Shown: piece after piece, positions 9,901 to 20,252 of the stretch
How the letters are laid out: each line of letters starts with the position of its first letter
How positions within the stretch are numbered: the stretch's first letter is position 1
DNA from: a virus
IMG/VR virus record: IMGVR_UViG_3300014947_000001
Reading direction: 5' to 3' (one strand)
DNA length: 64,000 bases
Translations under genes and position numbers: made by a program
The notes under the pieces: generated by a model
Seen by the model: the letters and a program-made list of their open reading frames with translations, nothing else
Database searches by the model: none
What the model was told of the DNA's origin: nothing

Positions 9901-10107
9901 TTAAGCGATCGCCTGCAACAAAGTCAGTAAATCTTCCTTTGTCACTAACATGGTATCCGAAATGCCTTGTTTAACAAGTAATTCAGATAACCTTGTACTT
10001 GCGTATCCGTTTTCGTTTGAAAAATAATTCAATTCGCTTTTTACGTTTACGCTAAGGAAGTTTTTCCATCCCTTTGGCATCTCTTTCGCTTTATTAACGT
10101 TAATCAT
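9901..10107 (-). CDS. hypothetical small protein
   Basis: 68-aa ORF convergent with neighbours; RBS gggaggaacat. Confidence 0.35.
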   Translation of the reverse strand: MINVNKAKEMPKGWKNFLSVNVKSELNYFSNENGYASTRLSELLVKQGISDTMLVTKEDLLTLLQAIA

Positions 10108-10210
10108 TTTATGTTCCTCCCTTTATTCGTACCATTTTTCGTTTCCCTAAATATGTGTTCCATCTTCTGTGTGTAACTGATTGTAATCTATACTTCTTTG
10201 TAACAAACTT

Positions 10211-10223
10211 GCACATATTTAAT
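10211..10223 (+). promoter_or_regulatory. Family-2 motif (GCACATATTTAA), putative promoter
   Basis: tttgtaac-N8-gcacatatttaat; ~35 nt upstream of the MCP start. Confidence 0.45.
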
Positions 10224-10259
10224 CCGAAAAAAAGCAACAGTAAAAAGGAGAGAAATTAA

Positions 10260-12062
10260 ATGAAATCATTGGCAAAGAAACTCAGTTTAATCTTTGTAGG
10301 CATCGTCTTAGTCACCTGTATCGTTCTTATCACGTTTGCAGGGTTAGCTTTTAATCGATTAGAGCGGACCTCAGAGGAAATTCTTTATGAGACAACATTG
10401 AATGGATATAAAACAGAGATCAAAAGTGAAGTCCAAGGAGCAGTATCCGTTGTTCGTGGGTTTTATGATTCCTACAGAAATGGAATCATAACAGAAGACA
10501 TCGCAAAGAGTGAAGCAAAAGAAGCGTTACGCAATATGCGGTACGGTGATGATAATTCCGGTTATTTTTGGATTGATGATACAAACTATAACCTCGTTAT
10601 GCATCCAATCCTTTCAGAACAGGAAGGAACGAACCGGAAAGATCTTGAGGACAAAAATGGAGTTAAGATCATTCAGGAAATCATGAAAGTTGCAGATAAT
10701 GGTGGATATAATGAGTTTTATTTCACAAAATCAGACGGCAAAACAGTAGCCCCAAAAGTAGCGTATTCTTTATCGTTTCCAGAATGGAACTGGGTGATCA
10801 CCACTGGCGTATATACAGATGACATTCAATCAATATTGTCTTCTTCCGCAGAGATAACGCGTACAAAAGCAATAAGCCGTAACAGTATCATATTTATGAT
10901 AGCGATTGGTGTTGTTCTTTATATATTAATGTTCTTCTTTTGTTTGTTTATCTGCAAAAAGCTCGTCTTGGTTATTAATCAGGTAAAGGAAAATTTAAAC
11001 AGTATCGCAGACGGTGACCTAACCGGACGGATTGACGGTAAGATCCTAAACAGAAAAGATGAACTCGGAAATATTGTAGTTCACACAAATAAAGCAGTCG
11101 AATCGTTCTGCAATAGCATTGCAACATCAAAACAGACTGCCATTACCGTGAACGAAAACAGTGCTGAAATATCCGGACTCGCAAACAGTGCTCTCGAAGC
11201 GACTGCTCAGGTTGCGGAAGCGATCAGTAATATAGCCGGAGATGCGACAACACAAGCAGGTGTCGTAAGTGATGTTGTGAAAAATATTGATACAATGAAC
11301 TGTAACGTCGAAGAAGTAAGTAATTCCGTTGACGACATCAGTCATTATGCGTGCGAATTAAATGAAGCCAGCGAAGACATGAAAGATAAAATGGATGCAA
11401 TGTCTAAAGGCAGCATGCAGATGTCAACACAGATTGAAAATATTTACAATCAGATTATGAAGACAACAGAGTCTATCAACAAAATGCAAGATGTATTAAA
11501 TGTTATCCAGGATATCGCTTCCCAGACAAACTTATTGAGTTTGAACGCAAGTATTGAAGCAGCAAGAGCCGGTGACAGCGGTCGTGGATTCTCTGTAGTA
11601 GCTTCTAATATTCGGGAATTATCAGAAAATACATCAAAAGAATTAAGTAATATTCGAGATATTATTGGAGAGCTCACTTCAAGTTTCGAAGAATGTAACG
11701 CTTCTATTGATACCGTCGTTGGTACAAATAAACAAAATGCTGAATACACAGGTCTGGTGATCAATTCATTTGATACTGTATTCGATGATATTAAGAATAC
11801 GAATGAAAATGTTTCTCATGTAACCACACTTACAAAACAGATTAGTGACATGATGAACCAGATCGCAGAGGGTATTGAAACCGTACAGCGAGGTGCTGAA
11901 AGTACAGCAGCTGCAACCGAAGAAGTTACGGCTTCCAGTGAAGAATTAAACGCTCTGATGCATAATATTACAGAAAACTGCAGGATCATGACAACCGAAG
12001 CCGAAAGTATGGTTGTGGATCTTAGTAAATTCAAGCTGGAAAAAGAAACAAAAACTGAATAA
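10260..12062 (+). CDS. methyl-accepting chemotaxis protein (Cache-like sensor, HAMP)
   Basis: Two transmembrane segments; Cache-like periplasmic domain; conserved signalling motif [32 protein letters not shown]. Confidence 0.9.
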   Translation: MKSLAKKLSLIFVGIVLVTCIVLITFAGLAFNRLERTSEEILYETTLNGYKTEIKSEVQGAVSVVRGFYDSYRNGIITEDIAKSEAKEALRNMRYGDDNSGYFWIDDTNYNLVMHPILSEQEGTNRKDLEDKNGVKIIQEIMKVADNGGYNEFYFTKSDGKTVAPKVAYSLSFPEWNWVITTGVYTDDIQSILSSSAEITRTKAISRNSIIFMIAIGVVLYILMFFFCLFICKKLVLVINQVKENLNSIADGDLTGRIDGKILNRKDELGNIVVHTNKAVESFCNSIATSKQTAITVNENSAEISGLANSALEATAQVAEAISNIAGDATTQAGVVSDVVKNIDTMNCNVEEVSNSVDDISHYACELNEASEDMKDKMDAMSKGSMQMSTQIENIYNQIMKTTESINKMQDVLNVIQDIASQTNLLSLNASIEAARAGDSGRGFSVVASNIRELSENTSKELSNIRDIIGELTSSFEECNASIDTVVGTNKQNAEYTGLVINSFDTVFDDIKNTNENVSHVTTLTKQISDMMNQIAEGIETVQRGAESTAAATEEVTASSEELNALMHNITENCRIMTTEAESMVVDLSKFKLEKETKTE

Positions 12063-12155
12063 CCATATACTTGATCCAGTGGATTCTCATTAATCGGAAA
12101 CGAAAAATGGGAAACTGCTGGATTTTCTTCATATTTTTGTATACTTTTTGTAAGT

Positions 12156-12189
12156 TTCCTGACGAGGTTTCCGAAAAGTGAGCCTGTTA
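12156..12189 (+). promoter_or_regulatory. Family-1 motif
   Basis: ttcctgacgaggtttccgaaaagtgagcctgtta. Confidence 0.5.
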
Positions 12190-12224
12190 ATAGATGATAA
12201 AACAAAAGAAAGGCAGGACTTACA

Positions 12225-12509
12225 ATGTTATACACAAAGTGTGAAGACTGTGCATACGAAAACGGATGTTCCTTAAAAGAGGATACCGATGATCTTCGCG
12301 GATGTGCGGGTCATAGTAAACGAAAAGAACCGATCACGGCAGAGACGTTTATGGATATTCCTTTAACACCGGAAGAAAGCAGATTTGTAAAAGAAATCGC
12401 CGCAGATCTTTTAATACGAAAAAGAGCGGTTCCGGATGAGTCGGATCTATTGAAAGAGATTCTATATCGAGCAATGCTTGTCTCTGGATCCGAAGTACCG
12501 GAACACTAA
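12225..12509 (+). CDS. hypothetical protein
   Basis: RBS aaaggcaggacttacaATG. Confidence 0.4.
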   Translation: MLYTKCEDCAYENGCSLKEDTDDLRGCAGHSKRKEPITAETFMDIPLTPEESRFVKEIAADLLIRKRAVPDESDLLKEILYRAMLVSGSEVPEH

Positions 12510-12801
12510 AAATAGGAGGACTTTATTTATGACAAATCCATGGAGTAAGATCAAAGAGTTTGTACACGAAAACGACGGAAACACAGATGCAACGTTATCA
12601 TTGTCAATGGATGAATTACAAAATGGTAGGCAGAAAGCCCACGACTTTAGTCGTATGGATGAATGATTACCTCTAAACATTAGAAACAATAATAGAAACC
12701 AATAACAGAAACCAATAACAGAAACAAAATACAGGTCCAGACATAGACCTTTCGCTTGGAGAATAGATACATGGGTATTGAAATCCCATAAGTGATAAAT
12801 C

Positions 12802-12999
12802 TTGAAAACCTCAGATATATCCTGGTCTTCGTGTCAGGTGAAGCTGAGTAAATCTAAAGAATCCCATGGTTTTAACCGTTGGAGTATGTCAAAGTGGTTA
12901 ATTCAGGAACATATGGAAAACAGATCATTGAAACAAGTGATCGAAAAGAATTCCGATGAGAAACGTTTAGATAAGATTAGATATAGGAGACCGTTATGA
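12802..12999 (+). CDS. hypothetical small protein
   Basis: ORF only. Confidence 0.25.
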   Translation: MKTSDISWSSCQVKLSKSKESHGFNRWSMSKWLIQEHMENRSLKQVIEKNSDEKRLDKIRYRRPL

Positions 13000-13187
13000 T
13001 AGATAACGAAAACATGAAGTACAGCTTTATATTACAGGATTTAGATACCAACAAACGCATTTTCCTTGATTCGGTTACAGATCTTGGAAAACCAGGGGAT
13101 GAAACATATATCAGCATCCGCAAAGATGATGTTAAAACAAGACATCATGTAACTGTATTAGAACGAAAAACCATCAATCAAACATAA
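12996..13187 (+). CDS. hypothetical small protein
   Basis: RBS aggagaccgttATG; overlapping stop/start. Confidence 0.35.
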   Translation: MIDNENMKYSFILQDLDTNKRIFLDSVTDLGKPGDETYISIRKDDVKTRHHVTVLERKTINQT

Positions 13188-13205
13188 GCAAAAAGGAGAA
13201 AAATC

Positions 13206-13430
13206 ATGAAAAATAAAGGAAACGAAATCAAAGACAAAGTTAAAAAGTACATAAAAGAAAACCCGGTAGCACTATTCAGTACCATTTGTGTACTGTTTGA
13301 AATTGTTTGCTCTTGTGTTTTTATCGAGAGAACGAGTTTTGTTTCCTTTACAATTATGATGTTAACAACTTCTATCAGTCTGGAACTTCATGAGAAAATG
13401 CTTCCAGAGAATAAAAATAATTGGTTTTAA
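13206..13430 (+). CDS. small membrane protein
   Basis: RBS aaaaggagaaaaatcATG; one transmembrane segment. Confidence 0.4.
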   Translation: MKNKGNEIKDKVKKYIKENPVALFSTICVLFEIVCSCVFIERTSFVSFTIMMLTTSISLELHEKMLPENKNNWF

Positions 13431-13442
13431 GGAGGAATACCA

Positions 13443-13973
13443 ATGGCAAGTAGAGAACAATTGTATTGTGATTATATCACAGAACTTAAAATGTATAATC
13501 CGAATCTGATGTTTATGGATAATACTCGGATTTTTAAGAACTTCAAAGAGGTAAGCGCATTTTCAGACCTCGAGTGGCTCGATATCTATGATGGAGTTGA
13601 ATGCGTAGGCTTCATTTTGCTTACAAACGGATCGCATTGTCCTATAAATTATGATTGGTTTGTAATGGAATGCTATATTGATGCAAAACATCGCAGGAAT
13701 CACCTTATGAGACATGCAATGGATCAGGTGGTTCAGACACATCAAGGCAAAATTGGTTTGTTTATTCTGTGTCAGAATCTTGTAGCCAGTGCTTTTTGGA
13801 AAAATTACACATCAAGAACAACAATCTGGCCACATTTACAGTTAACAAAGATACCTATCATGAAAACATCCGTACCCAGTTCTGTTGACTGCTATGAATT
13901 AGCGTTCGAAATTAGTGACCAAAAAAGTTGCAGCCAGAATAAGCGAGCACAAACAATTCCGGCATACGAATAA
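13443..13973 (+). CDS. hypothetical protein
   Basis: RBS aaggaggaataccaATG. Confidence 0.5.
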   Translation: MASREQLYCDYITELKMYNPNLMFMDNTRIFKNFKEVSAFSDLEWLDIYDGVECVGFILLTNGSHCPINYDWFVMECYIDAKHRRNHLMRHAMDQVVQTHQGKIGLFILCQNLVASAFWKNYTSRTTIWPHLQLTKIPIMKTSVPSSVDCYELAFEISDQKSCSQNKRAQTIPAYE

Positions 13974-14015
13974 TCGGAAACGAAAACAAATACACATACA
14001 AAAGGAGATACCATT

Positions 14016-14591
14016 ATGAATTATGTACCATATGTTATAGACAATACAAACGGACACGAATATCACTCAGACTTATTTAGTCGTCTTTTAAGTTCCAGGA
14101 TCATTATTTTGAGTGGGGAAGTAGATGATGACATGGCAAGTCTTGCAGTTGCTCAGCTTTTGTACCTGGAATCTTTGGATCCGAATAAGGATATCCAGAT
14201 TTATATTAATAGCCCAGGCGGATCCGTTACAGCGGGTATGGCAATTTACGATACCATGCAGCATGTAAAATGTGACGTATCTACAATCTGTGTCGGATTA
14301 GCAGCTTCTATGGGCGCCTTTCTTTTAGCTGGCGGAACTTCCGGAAAACGATTCAGTCTTCCAAATGCGGAAATCATGATCCACCAGCCAAGTGGGGGCG
14401 CAAAAGGACAGGCTACCGATATTCAGATCGCTGCTCAGAATATCCAGCGTACGAAAAATAAGTTAAACGAATTGTTGGCAGCAAATACAGGACGTACCTT
14501 AGAAGAAGTTACATATGATACTGACCGAGACAACTTTATGAGTGCCGAAGAAGCTTTAGAGTACGGACTTATCGATCAGATCATCCAGTAG
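14016..14591 (+). CDS. clpP: ATP-dependent Clp protease proteolytic subunit ClpP
   Basis: Full-length ClpP with Ser (AASMGA) and His (IHQPSGG) catalytic motifs; high similarity to Bacillus ClpP throughout. Confidence 0.95.
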   Translation: MNYVPYVIDNTNGHEYHSDLFSRLLSSRIIILSGEVDDDMASLAVAQLLYLESLDPNKDIQIYINSPGGSVTAGMAIYDTMQHVKCDVSTICVGLAASMGAFLLAGGTSGKRFSLPNAEIMIHQPSGGAKGQATDIQIAAQNIQRTKNKLNELLAANTGRTLEEVTYDTDRDNFMSAEEALEYGLIDQIIQ

Positions 14592-14663
14592 CAAACTGTA
14601 CAGCTTACAAAAGAAAGGAGGGCAGATAGAGACCGGAATTAACTGGTTTTTGTCTGCCTATGG

Positions 14664-15227
14664 TTGCCTATGAAACAATTTAGAAATGCATCAGATATTA
14701 CTGTAGATAGTTGTCCTATCGTAAAAGGCGGATACATTCAGCTTCCGGTTCCAATTGTGATATCCGAAGAATGGATGCAGGCTCCGTCTATTGCGGACGG
14801 ATACGATTCAAACGGAACCAGCGTATTATATCCGCTGCGCAGTTTTCAGATTACAGAAAATGATCTTCGTCCGTTCTTTGGTCGTACTATTTATGCAATT
14901 CCAGATGATGGTGTTTATTATTCGCATTTGGAACTGATCCGGCAGGATGTGATTATGGATTACGGGTATATGACCGACGCCGAGTTCCAGGATTTTCTTA
15001 CGGAAAGCGACGAATATATTGAGCGCATTACAAATCAGTATTCTGCGATTAGTGACTTATTAATCACGCGCATTTGGAATTATCGCCTGTTTGAACGAAA
15101 TAAAACAACCGGGCGCTACTTAGACGCATACAAAACATTGTGCACGATCAGTGTTCTACAGTTATTACTGATCATTTCTGTGAACACTCCTAAATTTAAC
15201 CTGAGTATCTGTTTTGAAGAAACATAG
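14664..15227 (+). CDS. hypothetical protein
   Basis: ORF of 187 aa. Confidence 0.4.
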   Translation: MPMKQFRNASDITVDSCPIVKGGYIQLPVPIVISEEWMQAPSIADGYDSNGTSVLYPLRSFQITENDLRPFFGRTIYAIPDDGVYYSHLELIRQDVIMDYGYMTDAEFQDFLTESDEYIERITNQYSAISDLLITRIWNYRLFERNKTTGRYLDAYKTLCTISVLQLLLIISVNTPKFNLSICFEET

Positions 15228-15246
15228 ACGAAAAAGGAGAATTCCA

Positions 15247-15888
15247 ATGAGTTCAAAGACAATAAAAGAATTCTACAAAGAAAAGGTTACAAAAGAAGGC
15301 ATGATGGAAGAGGATGTAAGGAAATCTAATAGTACATTCTACACAAATAATTTTGAAGCTGTTAGCCGATGGAGAAAGAAGTACCTATCAGAATACGCTC
15401 CAATTCCGGAATTCAAAACCAATATATACATATATGGACCTGGTGGTATAGGAAAAACAGTTGCGTCTCAGGCAGCTGCAAAAAGTTTGTTTCCGGATGC
15501 AGTAAATCCATATTTTCAAACATTTGCGGAAACCAGAAATTTGAAATGGTATGATGGACAGCCTGTTATCATCTGGGATAACTGCATGAGTTCTGATCTG
15601 CTGAGAATGTTTGGGCGTCAGAAATTGTTTGATATTTTGGATACACAACCAACGGACACAAAATGCAAAACAAATTCAGGATCGGTTCGTCTTGTAAACT
15701 CAATCAACATTATCAACAGTATAGAACCGTATGATGTGTTTTTGGATGGATTATGCAAAAGCAAGGAAGACAAAGATCAGGTATGTAAATTGTTTCCGAT
15801 TATTATGGAACTTCATGAGGACGATTACGATATTCTCTACAACACAGACTTGTTTTCAAGTATATTAAGGAATCAAAGTAATAGATAA
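15247..15888 (+). CDS. P-loop NTPase (SF3-helicase-like)
   Basis: RBS aaaaggagaattccaATG; Walker A YIYGPGGIGKT, Walker B VIIWDN, downstream Asn (motif C-like). Confidence 0.5.
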   Translation: MSSKTIKEFYKEKVTKEGMMEEDVRKSNSTFYTNNFEAVSRWRKKYLSEYAPIPEFKTNIYIYGPGGIGKTVASQAAAKSLFPDAVNPYFQTFAETRNLKWYDGQPVIIWDNCMSSDLLRMFGRQKLFDILDTQPTDTKCKTNSGSVRLVNSINIINSIEPYDVFLDGLCKSKEDKDQVCKLFPIIMELHEDDYDILYNTDLFSSILRNQSNR

Positions 15889-15962
15889 GAGAGCGTCAAC
15901 TCTCTTCTTATCCTTATCCTCATCCTTATTCTCAAAAAATGTATTCCTTTGCAAATTGGTCG

Positions 15963-15974
15963 CCCATATTTAAT
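15963..15974 (+). promoter_or_regulatory. Family-2 motif
   Basis: ctttgcaaattggtcgcccatatttaat. Confidence 0.35.
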
Positions 15975-16330
15975 ACTGAGCAAACAGGTAAGCTGTTTGT
16001 AAAGTAGATTTATTCATATCTGAACTGTAATCCTAAAGGTGTTATAGCAGTTCGCCGGTTTTATTCATTTTCCGGTCCATTGTAGCACGTGAGTACATCT
16101 TATCGACAGGAACACGTGGTTATGAATCTGCATACTGGTTCATAACACATCATAATCATTGCTGACACACCGATGCGAATTGACGCGGGGACCCAATGTA
16201 GAGATGATTATTATGGCACCTCCTTTCGTATACGTCAGGATTTGTATACTAACCTTTGTTTTCTTATACGTTGCATCGTGTTTGGATACACTTCCTGGCG
16301 TTTTTTTGTTCTTGGAGACAGTATGTAAAA

Positions 16331-16340
16331 CCCATATTTA
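16331..16340 (+). promoter_or_regulatory. Family-2-like motif
   Basis: aacccatatttataaac ~40 nt upstream of the 16380 start. Confidence 0.35.
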
Positions 16341-16379
16341 TAAACAACAAATATTTTAAATCATAAAGGAGAAAACAAC

Positions 16380-17366
16380 ATGAAAAACAACATGAACGAA
16401 ATGAACGACGAAATGGAAATCACTTTAAATGAAAGCTATACGTTTCCTGTGATCTCAAAAGAATCTTTCATGAGACTGGCTGATATTGCAGCTTCCACAA
16501 TCAAAACTTTGGAACCAAAGTTTAAGGAGATCAAAACTGATTTTAACGAAGGAATCATGCTTATCGTTGCTAATACGTCGAATGTGATGACGGCAAAAGC
16601 CGACCTGAATGGATTGTATGACAAATTCTGTCGTGTTGAAGAGTTATCCGCAAATACTCAGATGTCATCGGAGAAACGATTGGAATATCAGATTAACAAA
16701 ATCTCTTCCATGATTGCTGGTTTATTGAGTAAAACATTATCTGGCTTTCAGTCTATGAAAGATTACAATACTTCTGAGCTTGATCAGTATCTCGATTATG
16801 AAAATGCAAGAGAAAGACTGATTGCAGTACCTGTCAATATGGACGACTTTGATAAAACAAAGTTCGTCTGCAAAGAGGTTGCTCCTGGTATTGGGTATAC
16901 TGCAAAAATCCTTATCTCTGATAATAAAACGGATTCTGTCACTGCACTGGTTACAAACGAAATGGCAAAAGATTATGGTGTAAGTTTAGAGGAACTTATG
17001 AGCGCCGCTCTTACAAATACCATGGTTATGTTCCCGGCAGTAAAAGAAAACGTTACAGAGAAAATGGGATTCAGAGGATATGCAATAAATGCAGGGTCTT
17101 ATGCAAATGGAGCGATCGCAACCTTTTATCCTGGCGTCTTAAAAACTGTTGCCGAACAGTTAGAAACCGAAAAGATAATCGTTTTCTTAAGCAACAAACT
17201 TGAGGCGATCTGCATTCCGGTTGCAGGAGTTGACGATTCCCTTGTTCTTGGTATCATGAGTACACTTCTTAATTCTGTGAAGAAGTACGCTCCGCATACG
17301 TTCTTTTCTAATCGGATTTACTCTTATGACAGTAGTGTAGACAGATTGAAACTAATGGTGTTTTAA
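16380..17366 (+). CDS. hypothetical protein
   Basis: RBS aaaggagaaaacaacATG; 328 aa. Confidence 0.5.
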   Translation: MKNNMNEMNDEMEITLNESYTFPVISKESFMRLADIAASTIKTLEPKFKEIKTDFNEGIMLIVANTSNVMTAKADLNGLYDKFCRVEELSANTQMSSEKRLEYQINKISSMIAGLLSKTLSGFQSMKDYNTSELDQYLDYENARERLIAVPVNMDDFDKTKFVCKEVAPGIGYTAKILISDNKTDSVTALVTNEMAKDYGVSLEELMSAALTNTMVMFPAVKENVTEKMGFRGYAINAGSYANGAIATFYPGVLKTVAEQLETEKIIVFLSNKLEAICIPVAGVDDSLVLGIMSTLLNSVKKYAPHTFFSNRIYSYDSSVDRLKLMVF

Positions 17367-17378
17367 CTAAAACAAAGC

Positions 17379-17423
17379 AAACCATCTATCGTACTCGGTA
17401 GGTGGTTTTCTTTATGTTCGTTT
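17379..17423 (+). terminator. rho-independent terminator (G.U-wobble stem, strand-specific)
   Basis: aaaccatctatcg-tact-cggtaggtggttt followed by tctttatgttcgttt. Confidence 0.6.
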
Positions 17424-17434
17424 GCAGATGTGAC

Positions 17435-17448
17435 TTACATATTTAAGG
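17435..17448 (+). promoter_or_regulatory. Family-2 motif
   Basis: tttgcagatgtgacttacatatttaagg. Confidence 0.45.
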
Positions 17449-17484
17449 TAACCGATAATCATGCAAATAAAGGAGGAAAACACA

Positions 17485-18036
17485 ATGAGAAAGATGATCA
17501 ACGCGGTGTCATTTTTGGCAATGTTGAAAGAAAAATGCTATTATGTCAGTGCTTTTGGTGAGAACGCAGAACTTGGTATCAAATACACTGATATTGAAAA
17601 ACTTGTAAACGAATTACCGGATACAAACGAAATTAATCAAGATGCTGGAACAACGAATGTTTCGTTTTCTGAAGATGGAAAGTGCTTAACAGAGTATAGT
17701 TCTGAAGAAAACTTATCCTATATTGTTCCGGATAATGTTGAATCTATTGGACCGTTTGCCTTTTCTGGTATTAGAAAACTAGAAATGATTCAGTTTTCAA
17801 ATAATGTTAGAATCATTCATTACCACGCTTTTGCGAGTTGTCCAAATTTGCGATGTGTTGCATTGCCTGATAATTTACAGGAAATTGGATTTGAAGCGTT
17901 CAATCATTGTTATAATTTAGATTCCGTAATTTATAAAGGTATCAAATATCAATCCAAATTCGTGCTCGAAAAAGTACTAAAAGATAATGGAGTCCAAGTT
18001 GGGTATGCTGTATTTGATAACACGGACCTGGACTAA
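17485..18036 (+). CDS. LRR-family protein (short member, BspA-type repeats)
   Basis: RBS aaaggaggaaaacacaATG; motifs SIGPFAFSG..L..I.F; C-terminal YKGIKY like the large LRR paralogs. Confidence 0.55.
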   Translation: MRKMINAVSFLAMLKEKCYYVSAFGENAELGIKYTDIEKLVNELPDTNEINQDAGTTNVSFSEDGKCLTEYSSEENLSYIVPDNVESIGPFAFSGIRKLEMIQFSNNVRIIHYHAFASCPNLRCVALPDNLQEIGFEAFNHCYNLDSVIYKGIKYQSKFVLEKVLKDNGVQVGYAVFDNTDLD

Positions 18037-18045
18037 AACAAAGCA

Positions 18046-18088
18046 AACCATCTATCGCCTCCGGTAGGTGGTTTCTTTATGTTCGTTT
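18046..18088 (+). terminator. rho-independent terminator (duplicate of 17379)
   Basis: aaaccatctatcgcctccggtaggtggttt followed by ctttatgttcgttt. Confidence 0.6.
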
Positions 18089-18100
18089 GCAGATGTTGGT

Positions 18101-18111
18101 TCCATATTTAG
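18101..18111 (+). promoter_or_regulatory. Family-2 motif
   Basis: tttgcagatgttggttccatatttagaataacc. Confidence 0.45.
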
Positions 18112-18147
18112 AATAACCACTAATCAAATCTTAAAGGAGGATCTACA

Positions 18148-18732
18148 ATGAAGAAAATATTAGAAATCGAATCAAGTAAGTACAGTATCGAATACGAGGA
18201 AGGTAAAGAATGGATTTATAGTGTTAAACGCTACGGAGTTGATACCGGAAGCGACCTAAAGACGAACATCGTATTCGATATGTTTCAGATGATTCTTAAT
18301 TTGCAGGCAAAGAATGAAAAGCTGAAAATGACACAGGAGAATTCATCATCCAGAGTAGCGATTACAAGCGATGGGAAAGTGTTACGTGCTTTTTCAGATG
18401 AGGAGGCTACGTCTTATTCGATTCCGGATGGAGTTACAACGATCGCTCAAAGAGCGTTTTCCGAATTGGAAAATCTTAAATCTGTTGACATCCCAGATAG
18501 CGTTCAATTTATCATGCAGAATGCGTTTGAAGACTCAGGCTTATCCAGTGTCGTTTTGCCAGCCAATATAAAAGTAATTGATGAGTACGCTTTCTTTTTC
18601 TGCCAAAAGTTATCGTCTGTAGGATACAAAGGAGAGATATATACTTCTATTTCTAAGCTCGAAAAGGCTTTAAAAGAAAATAGAGTAATAATAGGATACC
18701 ACTCATTTGCCTCAACCGCTTTAGCCTTGTAA
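18148..18732 (+). CDS. LRR-family protein (short member)
   Basis: RBS taaaggaggatctacaATG; IPDGVTTIAQRAFSELENLKSVDIPDSV; C-terminal YKGEIYT. Confidence 0.55.
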   Translation: MKKILEIESSKYSIEYEEGKEWIYSVKRYGVDTGSDLKTNIVFDMFQMILNLQAKNEKLKMTQENSSSRVAITSDGKVLRAFSDEEATSYSIPDGVTTIAQRAFSELENLKSVDIPDSVQFIMQNAFEDSGLSSVVLPANIKVIDEYAFFFCQKLSSVGYKGEIYTSISKLEKALKENRVIIGYHSFASTALAL

Positions 18733-18738
18733 AAAAAT

Positions 18739-18778
18739 CAAACCATCTATCACATCGGTAGGTGGTTTCTTTATTTTC
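18739..18778 (+). terminator. rho-independent terminator (third copy)
   Basis: aaaccatctatcacatcggtaggtggttt followed by ctttattttcg. Confidence 0.55.
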
Positions 18779-18798
18779 GCATTTCTTTGTAATCACTC

Positions 18799-18812
18799 CG
18801 CACATATTTAAT
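18799..18812 (+). promoter_or_regulatory. Family-2 motif
   Basis: tttctttgtaatcactccgcacatatttaatc. Confidence 0.45.
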
Positions 18813-18881
18813 CATAGTGTTCGAAATAAGTCTTTTTCGACGATCATTTTACAAGAACACAAAGAGAAGGAGATAAAAAAT

Positions 18882-20195
18882 ATGAGAAAACAAAAGGTAA
18901 TTACAGTTGTTTTGGCATCCGGTATGTTGATTGCATGTTTTTCTGGATGCGGATTTGAAAAGGTTACAGCAGAAGACCTCGTAAATAATGCATGCAATAT
19001 GGACGCAATCGAATCTTTGGATGCCGACATAGCTCTCGTGATGGATGTCGATGTCGATGCAACTTCATTATTTACACCGTATAACGCAGACGAAGATTCT
19101 GATTCCGGCAGCGACTCAAAATCAAATACAAAGATGAATATCACACTTGATGCTGACTGCAATGCAAAAGCTGCAAATGATCTGGCGTATATCAGTGGCA
19201 ACGTAGAAGCCGGAATCTTTGGAATGACTTACAATGTTAAGGTTGAAAATTATACGGACGCCCAAAATGGTGTTTCTTATTCCTATGACAGCGATTCCGA
19301 TGTCTGGGTGAAATCAGACCTCGAAGATGATTCAGATTCACTCGACTTAGAAACATTAAAACAATATGTATCGTCAGACATTTTTGAAGATCTTGTTCTG
19401 GTAAACGAAAAAGATAAGAAAGCAGAAACTTATGAAGTAACCGGAACGATATCTTATGACAGTATTGCTGATCTGCTTGGTGATAAGGTTGACGATATGT
19501 TTTCTGGATTCGATCCAAAAGGCATGACTCTGGATGCCGCAATGAACTTTGACCGGAAAACAAAACAGTTAGAGACTATGAAGGTTTCTGTCGATCCGGA
19601 TTCTATGAATACCGATGTACTCGATATCAATGAGTTTTCAATCACTGTTACCATCAACAGTCTTAAAGATGTTAAACTTGAGATTCCAAAAGATGTAAAA
19701 GATAATGCGATCGAAGAAGGTTCTTCTACCATTGATGACGATGACTTTTTGATCGATGATATGGAAGTCTACCCGGAATGGTCAGAGACAGAAGACGACG
19801 AATTTGGTATGGAAAGCTCTGAATCCGAAGCTGCTGAATCCGAGAATCAGACATCCCAGTCTACAGACGGTCAGACTTTAGCTCAGTTTTATTTCGAAAC
19901 CGATGATCTTTCGTTTTCAGATGTAAAGGAGATTTTGTCTGCTTATTACAATCAGATCGGCGACATGGATCCGCAGGCGATCGCTTCGTTTGCAACATTC
20001 ATGAACAACTATACATTTGATACATTCGACGCAACCCTTGACACATACGAAGATTGGGCATCAGAAGATAAGATTGCACTTGCTATTATGTATGACCTCG
20101 GGATCGTAGACGACGAACTGTTATCAGAACATAATGTTAGCCTGGACAGTGTGAAATCATATATAGGAATCTATGTAAGCCCGTACGAATCATAA
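18882..20195 (+). CDS. acidic lipoprotein
   Basis: RBS agaaggagataaaaaatATG; lipobox IACFSGCG; Asp/Glu/Ser-rich. Confidence 0.6.
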   Translation: MRKQKVITVVLASGMLIACFSGCGFEKVTAEDLVNNACNMDAIESLDADIALVMDVDVDATSLFTPYNADEDSDSGSDSKSNTKMNITLDADCNAKAANDLAYISGNVEAGIFGMTYNVKVENYTDAQNGVSYSYDSDSDVWVKSDLEDDSDSLDLETLKQYVSSDIFEDLVLVNEKDKKAETYEVTGTISYDSIADLLGDKVDDMFSGFDPKGMTLDAAMNFDRKTKQLETMKVSVDPDSMNTDVLDINEFSITVTINSLKDVKLEIPKDVKDNAIEEGSSTIDDDDFLIDDMEVYPEWSETEDDEFGMESSESEAAESENQTSQSTDGQTLAQFYFETDDLSFSDVKEILSAYYNQIGDMDPQAIASFATFMNNYTFDTFDATLDTYEDWASEDKIALAIMYDLGIVDDELLSEHNVSLDSVKSYIGIYVSPYES

Positions 20196-20238
20196 TTATA
20201 GACATCATGTTATTTTTCGTATTACTTTGTAATCGTTC

Positions 20239-20252
20239 CGCACATATTTAAC
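20239..20252 (+). promoter_or_regulatory. Family-2 motif
   Basis: ttactttgtaatcgttccgcacatatttaac (near-duplicate of 18781-18812). Confidence 0.4.

Noticed and set aside
16159-16359. ORF 16159-16359
   Set aside because: It lies inside the 490-bp non-coding gap, has no RBS, and its translation is improbable (Cys/Phe/Leu-rich from an AT-rich frame)
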